Below are positions 1 to 6,896 of a stretch of 32,552 nt of DNA, piece after piece. Where the stretch lies: NCBI GenBank assembly GCA_903839895.1, contig CAIMDW010000004.1:1-32552 (forward strand), read 5' to 3'. Position numbers and translations under genes: made by a program. How positions within the stretch are numbered: position 1 is the first letter of the stretch; each line of letters opens with the position of its first letter. This DNA is from Candidatus Staskawiczbacteria bacterium. Lineage in GTDB: Bacteria > Patescibacteriota > Minisyncoccia > Minisyncoccales > Staskawiczbacteraceae. The notes below the pieces were generated by a model. That model was given only the letters and a program-made list of their open reading frames with translations. It had not been told where the DNA came from and ran no database searches.

Positions 1-74
1 CCCAATATGTACCAGATAATTTGAATACCCTTGTATATCGGCTTTGTTGTTGGAGAGTTATAAGATGATTCCAT
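1..74 (-). CDS. 5' part of a probable YggT-like membrane protein (runs off the window)
   Basis: Manual translation from ATG at 74 gives MESSYNSPTTKPIYKGIQIIWYILG, open to the window edge. It resembles N-termini of CPR YggT-like proteins (Q-I-I-W-Y-I-L-G). Not in the ORF track. Confidence 0.55.
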   Translation of the reverse strand, partial: MESSYNSPTTKPIYKGIQIIWYIL

Positions 75-110
75 ATTACTTTTATAAATTAATTTTTCCA
101 ATTACCGGCC

Positions 111-172
111 TTAAATTACGAAATGAAAATTTTGATTTAAATTGGTTGTCTCAAAATCATTTCGTAATCTAA
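111..172. repeat. Long AT-rich inverted repeat/hairpin in the leader of the ORF starting at 74
   Basis: ATTACGAAATGA (115-126) is the exact reverse complement of TCATTTCGTAAT (157-168). Inner TTTTGA (130-135) pairs with TCAAAA (151-156), and outer TTA (111-113) pairs with TAA (170-172). Confidence 0.7.
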
Positions 173-178
173 GGGACC

Positions 179-215
179 TACTATATATGACAGCCTGCGC
201 GCAGATTTCTTACAA
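179..215 (-). promoter_or_regulatory. Putative alternative-sigma (ECF-like) promoter, copy 1: TGTAAG-N17-GTCATATATAGTA
   Basis: Matches 3192-3228 with a 15-nt identical block, a variable 10-nt middle and an 11/12 block at identical spacing. Lies directly downstream of a terminator and points at a gene. Confidence 0.6.
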
Positions 216-242
216 CAAAAAACCGCCTCAATTAAAAGGCGG
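216..242 (-). terminator. Intrinsic terminator after the NRAMP gene
   Basis: Stem CCGCCT/AGGCGG with an A-tract on + (U-tract on -), 2 nt past the stop at 245. Confidence 0.75.
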
Positions 243-244
243 CC

Positions 245-1621
245 TTAAAAAACCATCGTCACAATTACTGTAATTCCCACTGCCGCCATAAGTATAGTGG
301 TGATCCAGCCGCATGCAGTGATGACTTTATGATTTTTATTGTCACCCATAACCTTTTTATCAGCGCTCATTTTGACAATGAAGAAAAGCACTATTGGAGC
401 AACCAGGCCATTGCCAACCGCCGACCAGATGAGAGCCTTGATGGGATCAAGGTGAAAATAATTTGCAGCAACAGCCACAATCATTGAAATGATTATGATT
501 CCGTAGAAAGCATACGCTTGCTTGAGTTTTAAGTAGAGCCCTTGCTTCCAACCGAAGCTTTCAGCCGTGGCGTACGCAGTTGAACCGGCCATCGTAGGAA
601 TAGCAAGAAGCCCTGTGCCGATAATTCCCAACGCAAAGAAAAAATATGTAAGTTCTCCGCCAAACGGCTTGATTGCCAAAGCGGCTTGATCGGCGGTTGC
701 AATATTTGTTATGCCATGAGCATAAAGAGTCGCAGCGCAAGCGGTGATAATAAAAAACATAATAAGGTTAGAAAAAAACATGCCAGACCACGTGTCTTTG
801 CGCATATCCTTTATTTCTCTTTTTGTCACATTTTCCTTGCGCAATTGAATAGTCTTTTCTCCTTTCAGTATCTGCTCTTCAACTTCCTGGGATGTTTGCC
901 AAAAGAAAAGATAAGGCGAAATGGTCGTGCCTAAAATAGCGCATAACAAGAAAATTTGGTTGCGATTAAAATTAATAGACGGAATAAATGTATATCTTAA
1001 CACTTCTCCCCAGTCCATATGCACTGAAAAAGCAGTAAAAACATATGCAAAAAGCGCAAGCGTCAGATATTTTAAGATTCTTGAATATTGGGCATAAGTG
1101 GTAAAAATTTGCAAAAGCAGGATAATCAGGCCGAATATGGTAACGCACATTACAAAACCGAAGCTGGGGACAAGAAGCCTCGTGGCAGCCGCCATGGCTC
1201 CCAAGTCAGCGGCAATGTTCAGAGTGTTTGCAAAAAAAAGAAGCAATATGACGCCATAAAGAATTTTTTTTGAATAATTGCGCCGGATGTTTGCAGCCAA
1301 TCCCTGCCCCGTCACTATTCCAATGCGAGCGCACATTTCCTGCACCATCGCCATGAAAGGAAATGTAAACAATGACAGCCAAATAAGCTGGAATCCATAC
1401 TGAGCTCCTGTCTGGGAATATGTGGCTATGCCCGAAGGATCATCGTCCGCCGCGCCAGTTACAAGCCCCGGACCCAAAACATCGATATATTCTTCAGTCA
1501 TTTTGAAAGGCTGTCCTTTCAAAAGCGCTTCTTTTTCCTTTAAAATGACATGGATGGTTCTATCCAAAACTTTAGCAGGGGCTTCGGCAATTTTCTCGGC
1601 TATTTTTTCAGCGTCAATCAT
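245..1621 (-). CDS. NRAMP/SLC11-related divalent metal cation transporter (non-canonical binding site)
   Basis: LGPGLVTGAADDDPSGIATYSQTGAQYG and LGTTISPYLFFWQ motifs, with many hydrophobic segments. Start moved to ATG 1621 (MIDAEK) because the upstream extension overlaps a terminator. Confidence 0.9.
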   Translation of the reverse strand: MIDAEKIAEKIAEAPAKVLDRTIHVILKEKEALLKGQPFKMTEEYIDVLGPGLVTGAADDDPSGIATYSQTGAQYGFQLIWLSLFTFPFMAMVQEMCARIGIVTGQGLAANIRRNYSKKILYGVILLLFFANTLNIAADLGAMAAATRLLVPSFGFVMCVTIFGLIILLLQIFTTYAQYSRILKYLTLALFAYVFTAFSVHMDWGEVLRYTFIPSINFNRNQIFLLCAILGTTISPYLFFWQTSQEVEEQILKGEKTIQLRKENVTKREIKDMRKDTWSGMFFSNLIMFFIITACAATLYAHGITNIATADQAALAIKPFGGELTYFFFALGIIGTGLLAIPTMAGSTAYATAESFGWKQGLYLKLKQAYAFYGIIIISMIVAVAANYFHLDPIKALIWSAVGNGLVAPIVLFFIVKMSADKKVMGDNKNHKVITACGWITTILMAAVGITVIVTMVF

Positions 1622-1653
1622 ATAATTAACTTTAACATGAAACATAGAAGAAG

Positions 1654-1684
1654 CAAAAAACCACCCCAATTAAAAGGTGGTTTT
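1654..1684 (-). terminator. Intrinsic terminator after the DUF2892 gene
   Basis: AAAACCACC/GGTGGTTTT stem. 24 of 27 nt are identical to the terminator at 216-242. Confidence 0.75.
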
Positions 1685-1711
1685 AAGTTAAATAATGCTG
1701 CGACATATTTG

Positions 1712-1912
1712 CTATTTCCTTATTGTTGAGATATTAAATAGTTTGTATGAAGGACAAAAACCAGAGGCTGCTGTGATAATGGCGATAGCACCTAAAATAT
1801 ATAAAATTATACTCAAAATACCAAATGAGTAGTAAGCGACTACTAACAGTATTAAACCGACTACCGTCCTAATAATTCTATCAACTGAACTCTCATTTTG
1901 ATATTTTTTCAT
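1712..1912 (-). CDS. DUF2892 / YgaP-like small two-TM membrane protein
   Basis: N-x4-DRIIR-xx-VG at the start, two hydrophobic segments, and GFCPxYxLFxIST at the end. Confidence 0.85.
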   Translation of the reverse strand: MKKYQNESSVDRIIRTVVGLILLVVAYYSFGILSIILYILGAIAIITAASGFCPSYKLFNISTIRK

Positions 1913-1945
1913 ATTTTACGTCTGACTAACCGTGTTAAATATATT

Positions 1946-2227
1946 TTATTCTGTTAATTTTTCAACTTCTTTTTTTCCTGCCTTTAATTCTCCTAACTGT
2001 TCTTTGTCTAACTTAAACAAAATGGCCTCAAATTCCCCAATATGAGTTTTTTCCTCTTTTGCTATATCCAACAAAATTTTTATGATATTTTCATCTTCAG
2101 TTGTTGCCGCTAACTGCTCATAAAGATTAACGGCGTCTAACTCTGCTATAATCCCCAATCTTAATATCTCTTTATTAACATCTTCTTTTTTTAAATTTTT
2201 AAAATTTATTGGTGTTTGCGAAAGCAT
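1946..2227 (-). CDS. Ferritin-like protein of the encapsulated-ferritin (EncFtn/Flp) type
   Basis: EILRLGIIAELDAVNLYEQLA and LLDIAKEEKTHIGEF: a two-helix half-ferritin with ExxH ferroxidase ligands. Confidence 0.85.
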   Translation of the reverse strand: MLSQTPINFKNLKKEDVNKEILRLGIIAELDAVNLYEQLAATTEDENIIKILLDIAKEEKTHIGEFEAILFKLDKEQLGELKAGKKEVEKLTE

Positions 2228-2273
2228 ATTTTTATTATTTTAGTTTACATCCTAATCCTTCGGCCTTTATTCT

Positions 2274-2420
2274 TTAGCTAATTTTTTTCCCAGTGACAAA
2301 ATGCCAAATAATCGAGATAAGAGCCACGACTAAAAGTATATGAATTAAACCGCCAAGTGGATAGAACAAGACCCCAAGAAGCCAAAGAACTATTAATATA
2401 ACCGCTATTTCTAAAAACAT
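2274..2420 (-). CDS. lmo0937-family (DUF5670-like) 48-aa membrane protein
   Basis: Manual translation: MFLEIAVILIVLWLLGVLFYPLGGLIHILLVVALISIIWHFVTGKKIS*. Carries the LWLLG...GGLIHILLV signature. Below the ORF-track size cutoff. Confidence 0.85.
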   Translation of the reverse strand: MFLEIAVILIVLWLLGVLFYPLGGLIHILLVVALISIIWHFVTGKKIS

Positions 2421-2443
2421 AATTTTTTATTATTTTAATTTTA

Positions 2444-2683
2444 TTATTTTTGTGGAGTAGCCGAAGAGCTTGTAGAACTTGTCGGTGCCGAGGAAGTAAC
2501 AGGGTTAGTAACATTTATGTTCGTGGTGCTAGCTGGATTCTGATTTTTCTGAATCATTGGCAAGCCATATACGAAAAAGAGCACAACCGCTGCAATGATT
2601 ACAATTATTATAACAAGAACTGCTACTAAATTTGACCCCGAGTCATCTGTATTGCCTGAAGGAGTATTAATTACTGTTGTCAT
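2444..2683 (-). CDS. Small single-pass membrane protein with Ser/Thr-rich tail, unknown function
   Basis: 79-aa ORF with one TM helix (LVAVLVIIIVIIAAVVLFFVYGLP). Co-oriented with and tightly packed against its neighbours. Confidence 0.75.
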   Translation of the reverse strand: MTTVINTPSGNTDDSGSNLVAVLVIIIVIIAAVVLFFVYGLPMIQKNQNPASTTNINVTNPVTSSAPTSSTSSSATPQK

Positions 2684-2728
2684 ATTTTTTTATTTTTATT
2701 TAAATTTTTATTATTTTGTCGACCCTGC

Positions 2729-3175
2729 TCATAAACTAGTAGATAACTTAATCAGCCAATCGTGAAACTGCTGTAAAATATTGCCAAAAGGCAAATCGCT
2801 CACTTTAATGTTTACCGGAATGGTTGTTTTTACCGGCACTTGTATCGTCATATCTATGGGCACACTTGCATCTATTGGAATTGCAATATTCACCGGTTGG
2901 CCCGTAACTGGATTTGTCACCGACACATTTACGGTAGTTTTAATTGGAATGGTGGTTTTAATAGGAACACTAAAGGTATTGTCAATTGCCACATTCGCAG
3001 CGAATGGAGTAACGGCAGATTGAGATTGCATTTGCTTGACCATGCCAGCCACCTGCACAGCCTCAGCAGAAATTTGGTTTTTGATATTAAACAAAAAAAC
3101 AAATAATATAACATTTATAACTGACAAAATTAAAATCGCGCCCATAAAAAAATATTTTATTATTTTTGTTTCCAT
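2729..3175 (-). CDS. Membrane-anchored hypothetical protein with Pro-Ile/Val-x-Thr-Thr repeats
   Basis: 148-aa ORF with an N-terminal TM segment and repeats VPIKTTIPIKTT, IPIDASVPIDMT, VPVKTTIPVN. Confidence 0.75.
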   Translation of the reverse strand: METKIIKYFFMGAILILSVINVILFVFLFNIKNQISAEAVQVAGMVKQMQSQSAVTPFAANVAIDNTFSVPIKTTIPIKTTVNVSVTNPVTGQPVNIAIPIDASVPIDMTIQVPVKTTIPVNIKVSDLPFGNILQQFHDWLIKLSTSL

Positions 3176-3191
3176 ATTTTTAATCGGTTTA

Positions 3192-3228
3192 TACTATATA
3201 TGACAGTCTATGCATCGATTCCTTACAA
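3192..3228 (-). promoter_or_regulatory. Putative alternative-sigma (ECF-like) promoter, copy 2
   Basis: Minus strand reads TTGTAAGGAATCGATGCATAGACTGTCATATATAGTA, ending 16 nt before ATG 3175. Matches 179-215. Confidence 0.6.
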
Positions 3229-3230
3229 AC

Positions 3231-3260
3231 AAAAAACCGGCAAGACATCGTCGGTTTTTT
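3231..3260 (-). terminator. Intrinsic terminator after tRNA-Cys/tRNA-Leu
   Basis: AAAAAACCG...CGGTTTTTT inverted repeat just past the tRNA-Leu 3' end. Confidence 0.7.
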
Positions 3261-3268
3261 GTTGTTTG

Positions 3269-3351
3269 TGCCCAGGGCGGGAGTCGAACCCGCATGAACT
3301 TTCGCTCAAAGGATTTTAAGTCCTTCGTGTATACCATTCCACCACCTGGGC
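3269..3351 (-). tRNA. tRNA-Leu(TAA)
   Basis: Acceptor GCCCAGG/CCTGGGC, anticodon arm AAGGA-CT-TAA-AA-TCCTT, long variable arm, T-loop GTTCGACTC. No encoded CCA. Confidence 0.95.
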
Positions 3352-3362
3352 ATATTTGGATG

Positions 3363-3434
3363 AGGCACGGGCGGGAATTGAACCCACGTATAAGGGATTT
3401 GCAGTCCCTTGCATTACCACTTTGCTACCGTGCC
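3363..3434 (-). tRNA. tRNA-Cys(GCA)
   Basis: Acceptor GGCACGG/CCGTGCC, U73, anticodon arm AGGGA-CT-GCA-AA-TCCCT, T-loop GTTCAATTC. Confidence 0.95.
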
Positions 3435-3456
3435 GTTTTTTTATTCTACCAGTTTT

Positions 3457-3813
3457 TTACTCTTTTTCAATCTCGCCTTCGCTTTTTGCCTCGTGCAGCA
3501 ATTTTTCAATTCGGTCGGCCTTGCTGACGGAATTATCCTTTACAAACTTTATTTTTGGAATTGGGCGCATTTTTAAAGTCCTGTTTATCTGGTACTGGAC
3601 GTCATAAACAGATTTATTCAATGCATTTAAAACTCCTTCAGACCTGTTTTCAGGAAACACAGAAATATATGTTTTAGCCTCAATCAAGTTTCCTGTGGCT
3701 TCCACGTGAGTCAAGGTGACCAAAACTTCTGGAGAAAAAGCAAAATCCTTCAGTAATATTTTGCTTATTTCGTGCTCCAATAATGAATTTATTTTTTCAA
3801 TTCTTAGCGCCAT
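3457..3813 (-). CDS. rbfA: Ribosome-binding factor A
   Basis: RIEKINSLLEHEISKIL, VTLTHVEAT, MRPIPKIKFVKD motifs. Directly downstream of infB. Confidence 0.93.
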   Translation of the reverse strand: MALRIEKINSLLEHEISKILLKDFAFSPEVLVTLTHVEATGNLIEAKTYISVFPENRSEGVLNALNKSVYDVQYQINRTLKMRPIPKIKFVKDNSVSKADRIEKLLHEAKSEGEIEKE

Positions 3814-3815
3814 AT

Positions 3816-5327
3816 TTATAATTCGCCTTTTTTACGGCCTTCCACATAAGCCACGATTATGTCTCCTTTTTCTATTTTTATATTTCCCTCGAAAAGTATG
3901 CCTGCTTCGTCGCCTTTTTTAAGCTCGGCAATGTCTTTTTTATCCCTTTGCAGATTTATAATCCTGCCCGTGCCAACTTTTCGGTCATCCCGGAAAACCT
4001 CAAGCTTCAAGCCTTTTTTCATCTGGCCTTCGGTAATTTTTCCGCCCACAATCTGCCTGTTTTTCTCGCCCCAGAAAACCAGCAAAGTCTTCAGTTTTCC
4101 AATGTCGTCGCGAGTCGTTTCAGGCTCCAATATTTTCTCCAAGCTATTCCTGACGTCCTGTATCAATTCATAAATTATGGTAAAAGTTTTTATCCTCAGC
4201 CGCTTATCCAAATCATTCCTCATATATTGCAAAACTGTATTGCCAATTTTTACGCGGAATCCCACAATTATAGCTTTTGACATTTCAGCCAGCTTGGCAT
4301 CGGTTTCATTTATTTCCCCGACTTCAGACTTTAAAATGCGCAAGGTAACCTTGTCTTGCGGCAAATTCTTCAGCATGGCTTCAATGGCTTCCAATGATCC
4401 GTAAACGTCGCCCTTCAAAATAATGTTCAAAGTTTTTTTGCTTGGATCTGAATCTATGACAGTTGAACCAACTTCCCTTTTTGGAATTTCTTTTTTTATT
4501 TCCGCCATCGCTTCTTCGGCCGTTGCATAACTCTTAAATCTTTCGCCCACAGCAGGCACCTTGTCAAAACCCAAAATAATTACGGGCTGAGAAGGGGAGG
4601 CCTCTTTTATCGGCATGCCCTTAAAATCTTCCAAATGCCTTATTTTTGCCAGGGCAATATCTGTGGCGATTATGTCTTTATTCTGCAAAATTCCCTTTTT
4701 AACAATAGCTGTAGCTATTGGGCCTTTTCCGCCGTCCATATATGATTCTATTATCAAGCCTTCGGCAGGCACGCCAAGTTCCGGCTTTAACTCCTGCAAA
4801 TCTGCCACCAATAAAATTACATCCAGTAATTCGTCTATGCCTGTTTTTTCTTTGGCTGAAACCTCCACAGAAGGAATTTCTCCTCCGAAAGATTCCACGA
4901 CAACATCCGATTTAGCCAACTCTCCTTTTATTTTTTCAGGATTTGCATTTGGCAAATCAATTTTATTCAAGACCACGATCATTGGAATTTCTGCCCGTTT
5001 TATAGCCATTATGGCTTCTTTGGTCTGTGGCTGGACTGATTGAGCAGCATCTACTACCAGCAGAGCAATATCAGCCACTTCAGCTCCTCTGGCGCGCATC
5101 GCAGAAAACGCCTCGTGTCCGGGCGTATCAATAAAAGTTATTTTCTTTCCTTTTTCTTCCACTTCGTAGGCCCCAATATGCTGAGTAATTCCGCCCGATT
5201 CTTTGGCTGTAATTTTAAAATCGCGGATGGCTTCCAAAAGCGAAGACTTTCCATGATCTACATGTCCCAAAACCACCACCACCGGCGGCCTGTTTGCAAT
5301 TTCAGTTTTTATATCTTTTTTCATCAT
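3816..5327 (-). CDS. infB: Translation initiation factor IF-2 (short form lacking the N-terminal domains)
   Basis: [49 protein letters not shown] motifs. Confidence 0.97.
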   Translation of the reverse strand: MMKKDIKTEIANRPPVVVVLGHVDHGKSSLLEAIRDFKITAKESGGITQHIGAYEVEEKGKKITFIDTPGHEAFSAMRARGAEVADIALLVVDAAQSVQPQTKEAIMAIKRAEIPMIVVLNKIDLPNANPEKIKGELAKSDVVVESFGGEIPSVEVSAKEKTGIDELLDVILLVADLQELKPELGVPAEGLIIESYMDGGKGPIATAIVKKGILQNKDIIATDIALAKIRHLEDFKGMPIKEASPSQPVIILGFDKVPAVGERFKSYATAEEAMAEIKKEIPKREVGSTVIDSDPSKKTLNIILKGDVYGSLEAIEAMLKNLPQDKVTLRILKSEVGEINETDAKLAEMSKAIIVGFRVKIGNTVLQYMRNDLDKRLRIKTFTIIYELIQDVRNSLEKILEPETTRDDIGKLKTLLVFWGEKNRQIVGGKITEGQMKKGLKLEVFRDDRKVGTGRIINLQRDKKDIAELKKGDEAGILFEGNIKIEKGDIIVAYVEGRKKGEL

Positions 5328-5797
5328 GATTTTATCGCTTTCGCTATTGCTTGTTTTTCTTCTTCAGACAAGGTTTGCTCTGCCTTCCCGGCTTTTAAAG
5401 CCTTAGCATAAACCCTGTTTCCTTCCTTTACAAAAAGGCTGGAGAGCACGAACCCATTGTTCTTGTCGTCTAGCATGGCAATCACAAAACTCTGGTTTCC
5501 TCCCATTTCTTTAAAGGGATTGTATCTTATGATTCCTGTTTTTCTTATGGTTGTCAGGGAAATTTCTTCCAAATTTTTGATTTTAGCAAAAGCGTTTTTT
5601 ATCTGCTCGTCCAAATCACTGTTCTTTTCTTTCTGCCGAAGCAAAACTTCCTTAAAATCCTTTGTCTTGGAACCTTTAAAAAACTCATCGGTCTTGCGGT
5701 TTATCTGCCAAAAGCGCCAAACCAAAAAAGAATTAGCCGCAGCCAATAACACAACAATTACACCTAAAAACAAAAAAATTGTTGTCTGTTCCGACAT
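5324..5797 (-). CDS. DUF4446 family protein
   Basis: N-terminal TM and coiled coil, then GIIRYNPFKEMGGNQSFVIAMLD...RVYAK...LSEEEKQAI. Confidence 0.85.
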   Translation of the reverse strand: MSEQTTIFLFLGVIVVLLAAANSFLVWRFWQINRKTDEFFKGSKTKDFKEVLLRQKEKNSDLDEQIKNAFAKIKNLEEISLTTIRKTGIIRYNPFKEMGGNQSFVIAMLDDKNNGFVLSSLFVKEGNRVYAKALKAGKAEQTLSEEEKQAIAKAIKS

Positions 5798-5828
5798 ACA
5801 ATTATATTACAACTAATTTGACAAAACT

Positions 5829-6896
5829 TCAATGATTCTTGTCTAATATGCTCCAAATGGCGGGATCCTCCCAGCCCAGTTGCCAGGCCGAAAATCCGCG
5901 AAAATTATTGGCTTTTGCGATATTCAGCTTAGCCTGAAAACTGTCTTTGTTTTCAAACCAAATCTTATAGTTTTTTGGGCCTGCAAAATAGGTAAGCGAT
6001 GAAACCCCAATTGCCGGGTCAAAATTTAATAAATACTTAAAATTTGCCATTACGCTAGCCACATGCTGATAAGTTCCGTAAGACACTTTTTTACCGGTAT
6101 CCGTATCCCATTTCCAAAAATAAAGGGGAGTACCCAGTGACAATTTTTCTGGCGGAATTTTGCCTTTCACATAGTCTAAAGTTGCATTTACATAGTCTAA
6201 AGACGAAGACGGTCCTTTAGATTTTTGGTTGTCATAAGTCATAAAACTCACAAAATCAGTAGCATTTGCAATCTTCTGGTAGTCATAAGCTCCACTCCAA
6301 TTTTTAAAGTCATCTGAATCTTCAAAATCTACTGTTCTTGGCACCACCGCCACGCTAAAAGTCAGGTTATTCTTTTTAAAAACTAAAGACGTTTTTTGCA
6401 CAAAAGCTGTAAACAAATCCTTGTCCAAATAGCTTATATTTTCAAAATCAAACTGCCAGCCAATAAATTTATTGGCTTTGGCGCTTTTTACCAAATAATT
6501 TATGACTTTGTCCTGACCAGCGGGCGACAAAAGCAAATTATGCATTATTTTCTGGCTAAAATCCGCGTTTATCACCAAAGGCATCACTTTCATCTGGTGG
6601 TCTTTTATGGCTTTAGCCAGTTTCGGCCCAAAAGCTCCGGAAACCGCAAAACCAGAATTCACCGAAAAATACTGCGGAGCCAAAATATCAATTTTATCCC
6701 AATTCTTATTTATGCTCGAGACCGCGCTTTCTGCATTTTTAGGCTCTAAATAAAAAACGCCTTCGGGTTTATAAGTTTTAGAAACTGCTATAGCATTATT
6801 AACAGGCGCTAGTTTTTTTGCAGGCAATTTGTACAAAAAAAATGCTCCAACGCAAGCGAGCAAAAAGGATAACAATAAATATTTTTTAGCGCTCAT
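5829..6896 (-). CDS. Glycoside hydrolase family 18 (YaaH/YdhD-like), exported or membrane-anchored
   Basis: N-terminal hydrophobic signal, GWQFDFENI catalytic motif, FMTYD, KLSLGTPLY, GFSAWQLGWED. Confidence 0.88.
   Translation of the reverse strand: MSAKKYLLLSFLLACVGAFFLYKLPAKKLAPVNNAIAVSKTYKPEGVFYLEPKNAESAVSSINKNWDKIDILAPQYFSVNSGFAVSGAFGPKLAKAIKDHQMKVMPLVINADFSQKIMHNLLLSPAGQDKVINYLVKSAKANKFIGWQFDFENISYLDKDLFTAFVQKTSLVFKKNNLTFSVAVVPRTVDFEDSDDFKNWSGAYDYQKIANATDFVSFMTYDNQKSKGPSSSLDYVNATLDYVKGKIPPEKLSLGTPLYFWKWDTDTGKKVSYGTYQHVASVMANFKYLLNFDPAIGVSSLTYFAGPKNYKIWFENKDSFQAKLNIAKANNFRGFSAWQLGWEDPAIWSILDKNH

Noticed and set aside
2278-2514. 78-aa minus-strand ORF in the track
   Set aside because: It overlaps the 79-aa gene and is out of frame with the recognisable lmo0937-like gene at 2274-2420.
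3210-3607. Plus-strand ORFs of 105 and 83 aa
   Set aside because: They are antisense translations of tRNA-Leu, tRNA-Cys and rbfA.
3859-5411. Multiple plus-strand ORFs opposite infB (and similar ones opposite rny, tig, virB4)
   Set aside because: Antisense shadows of conserved genes, with Ser/Phe-rich composition and no motifs.
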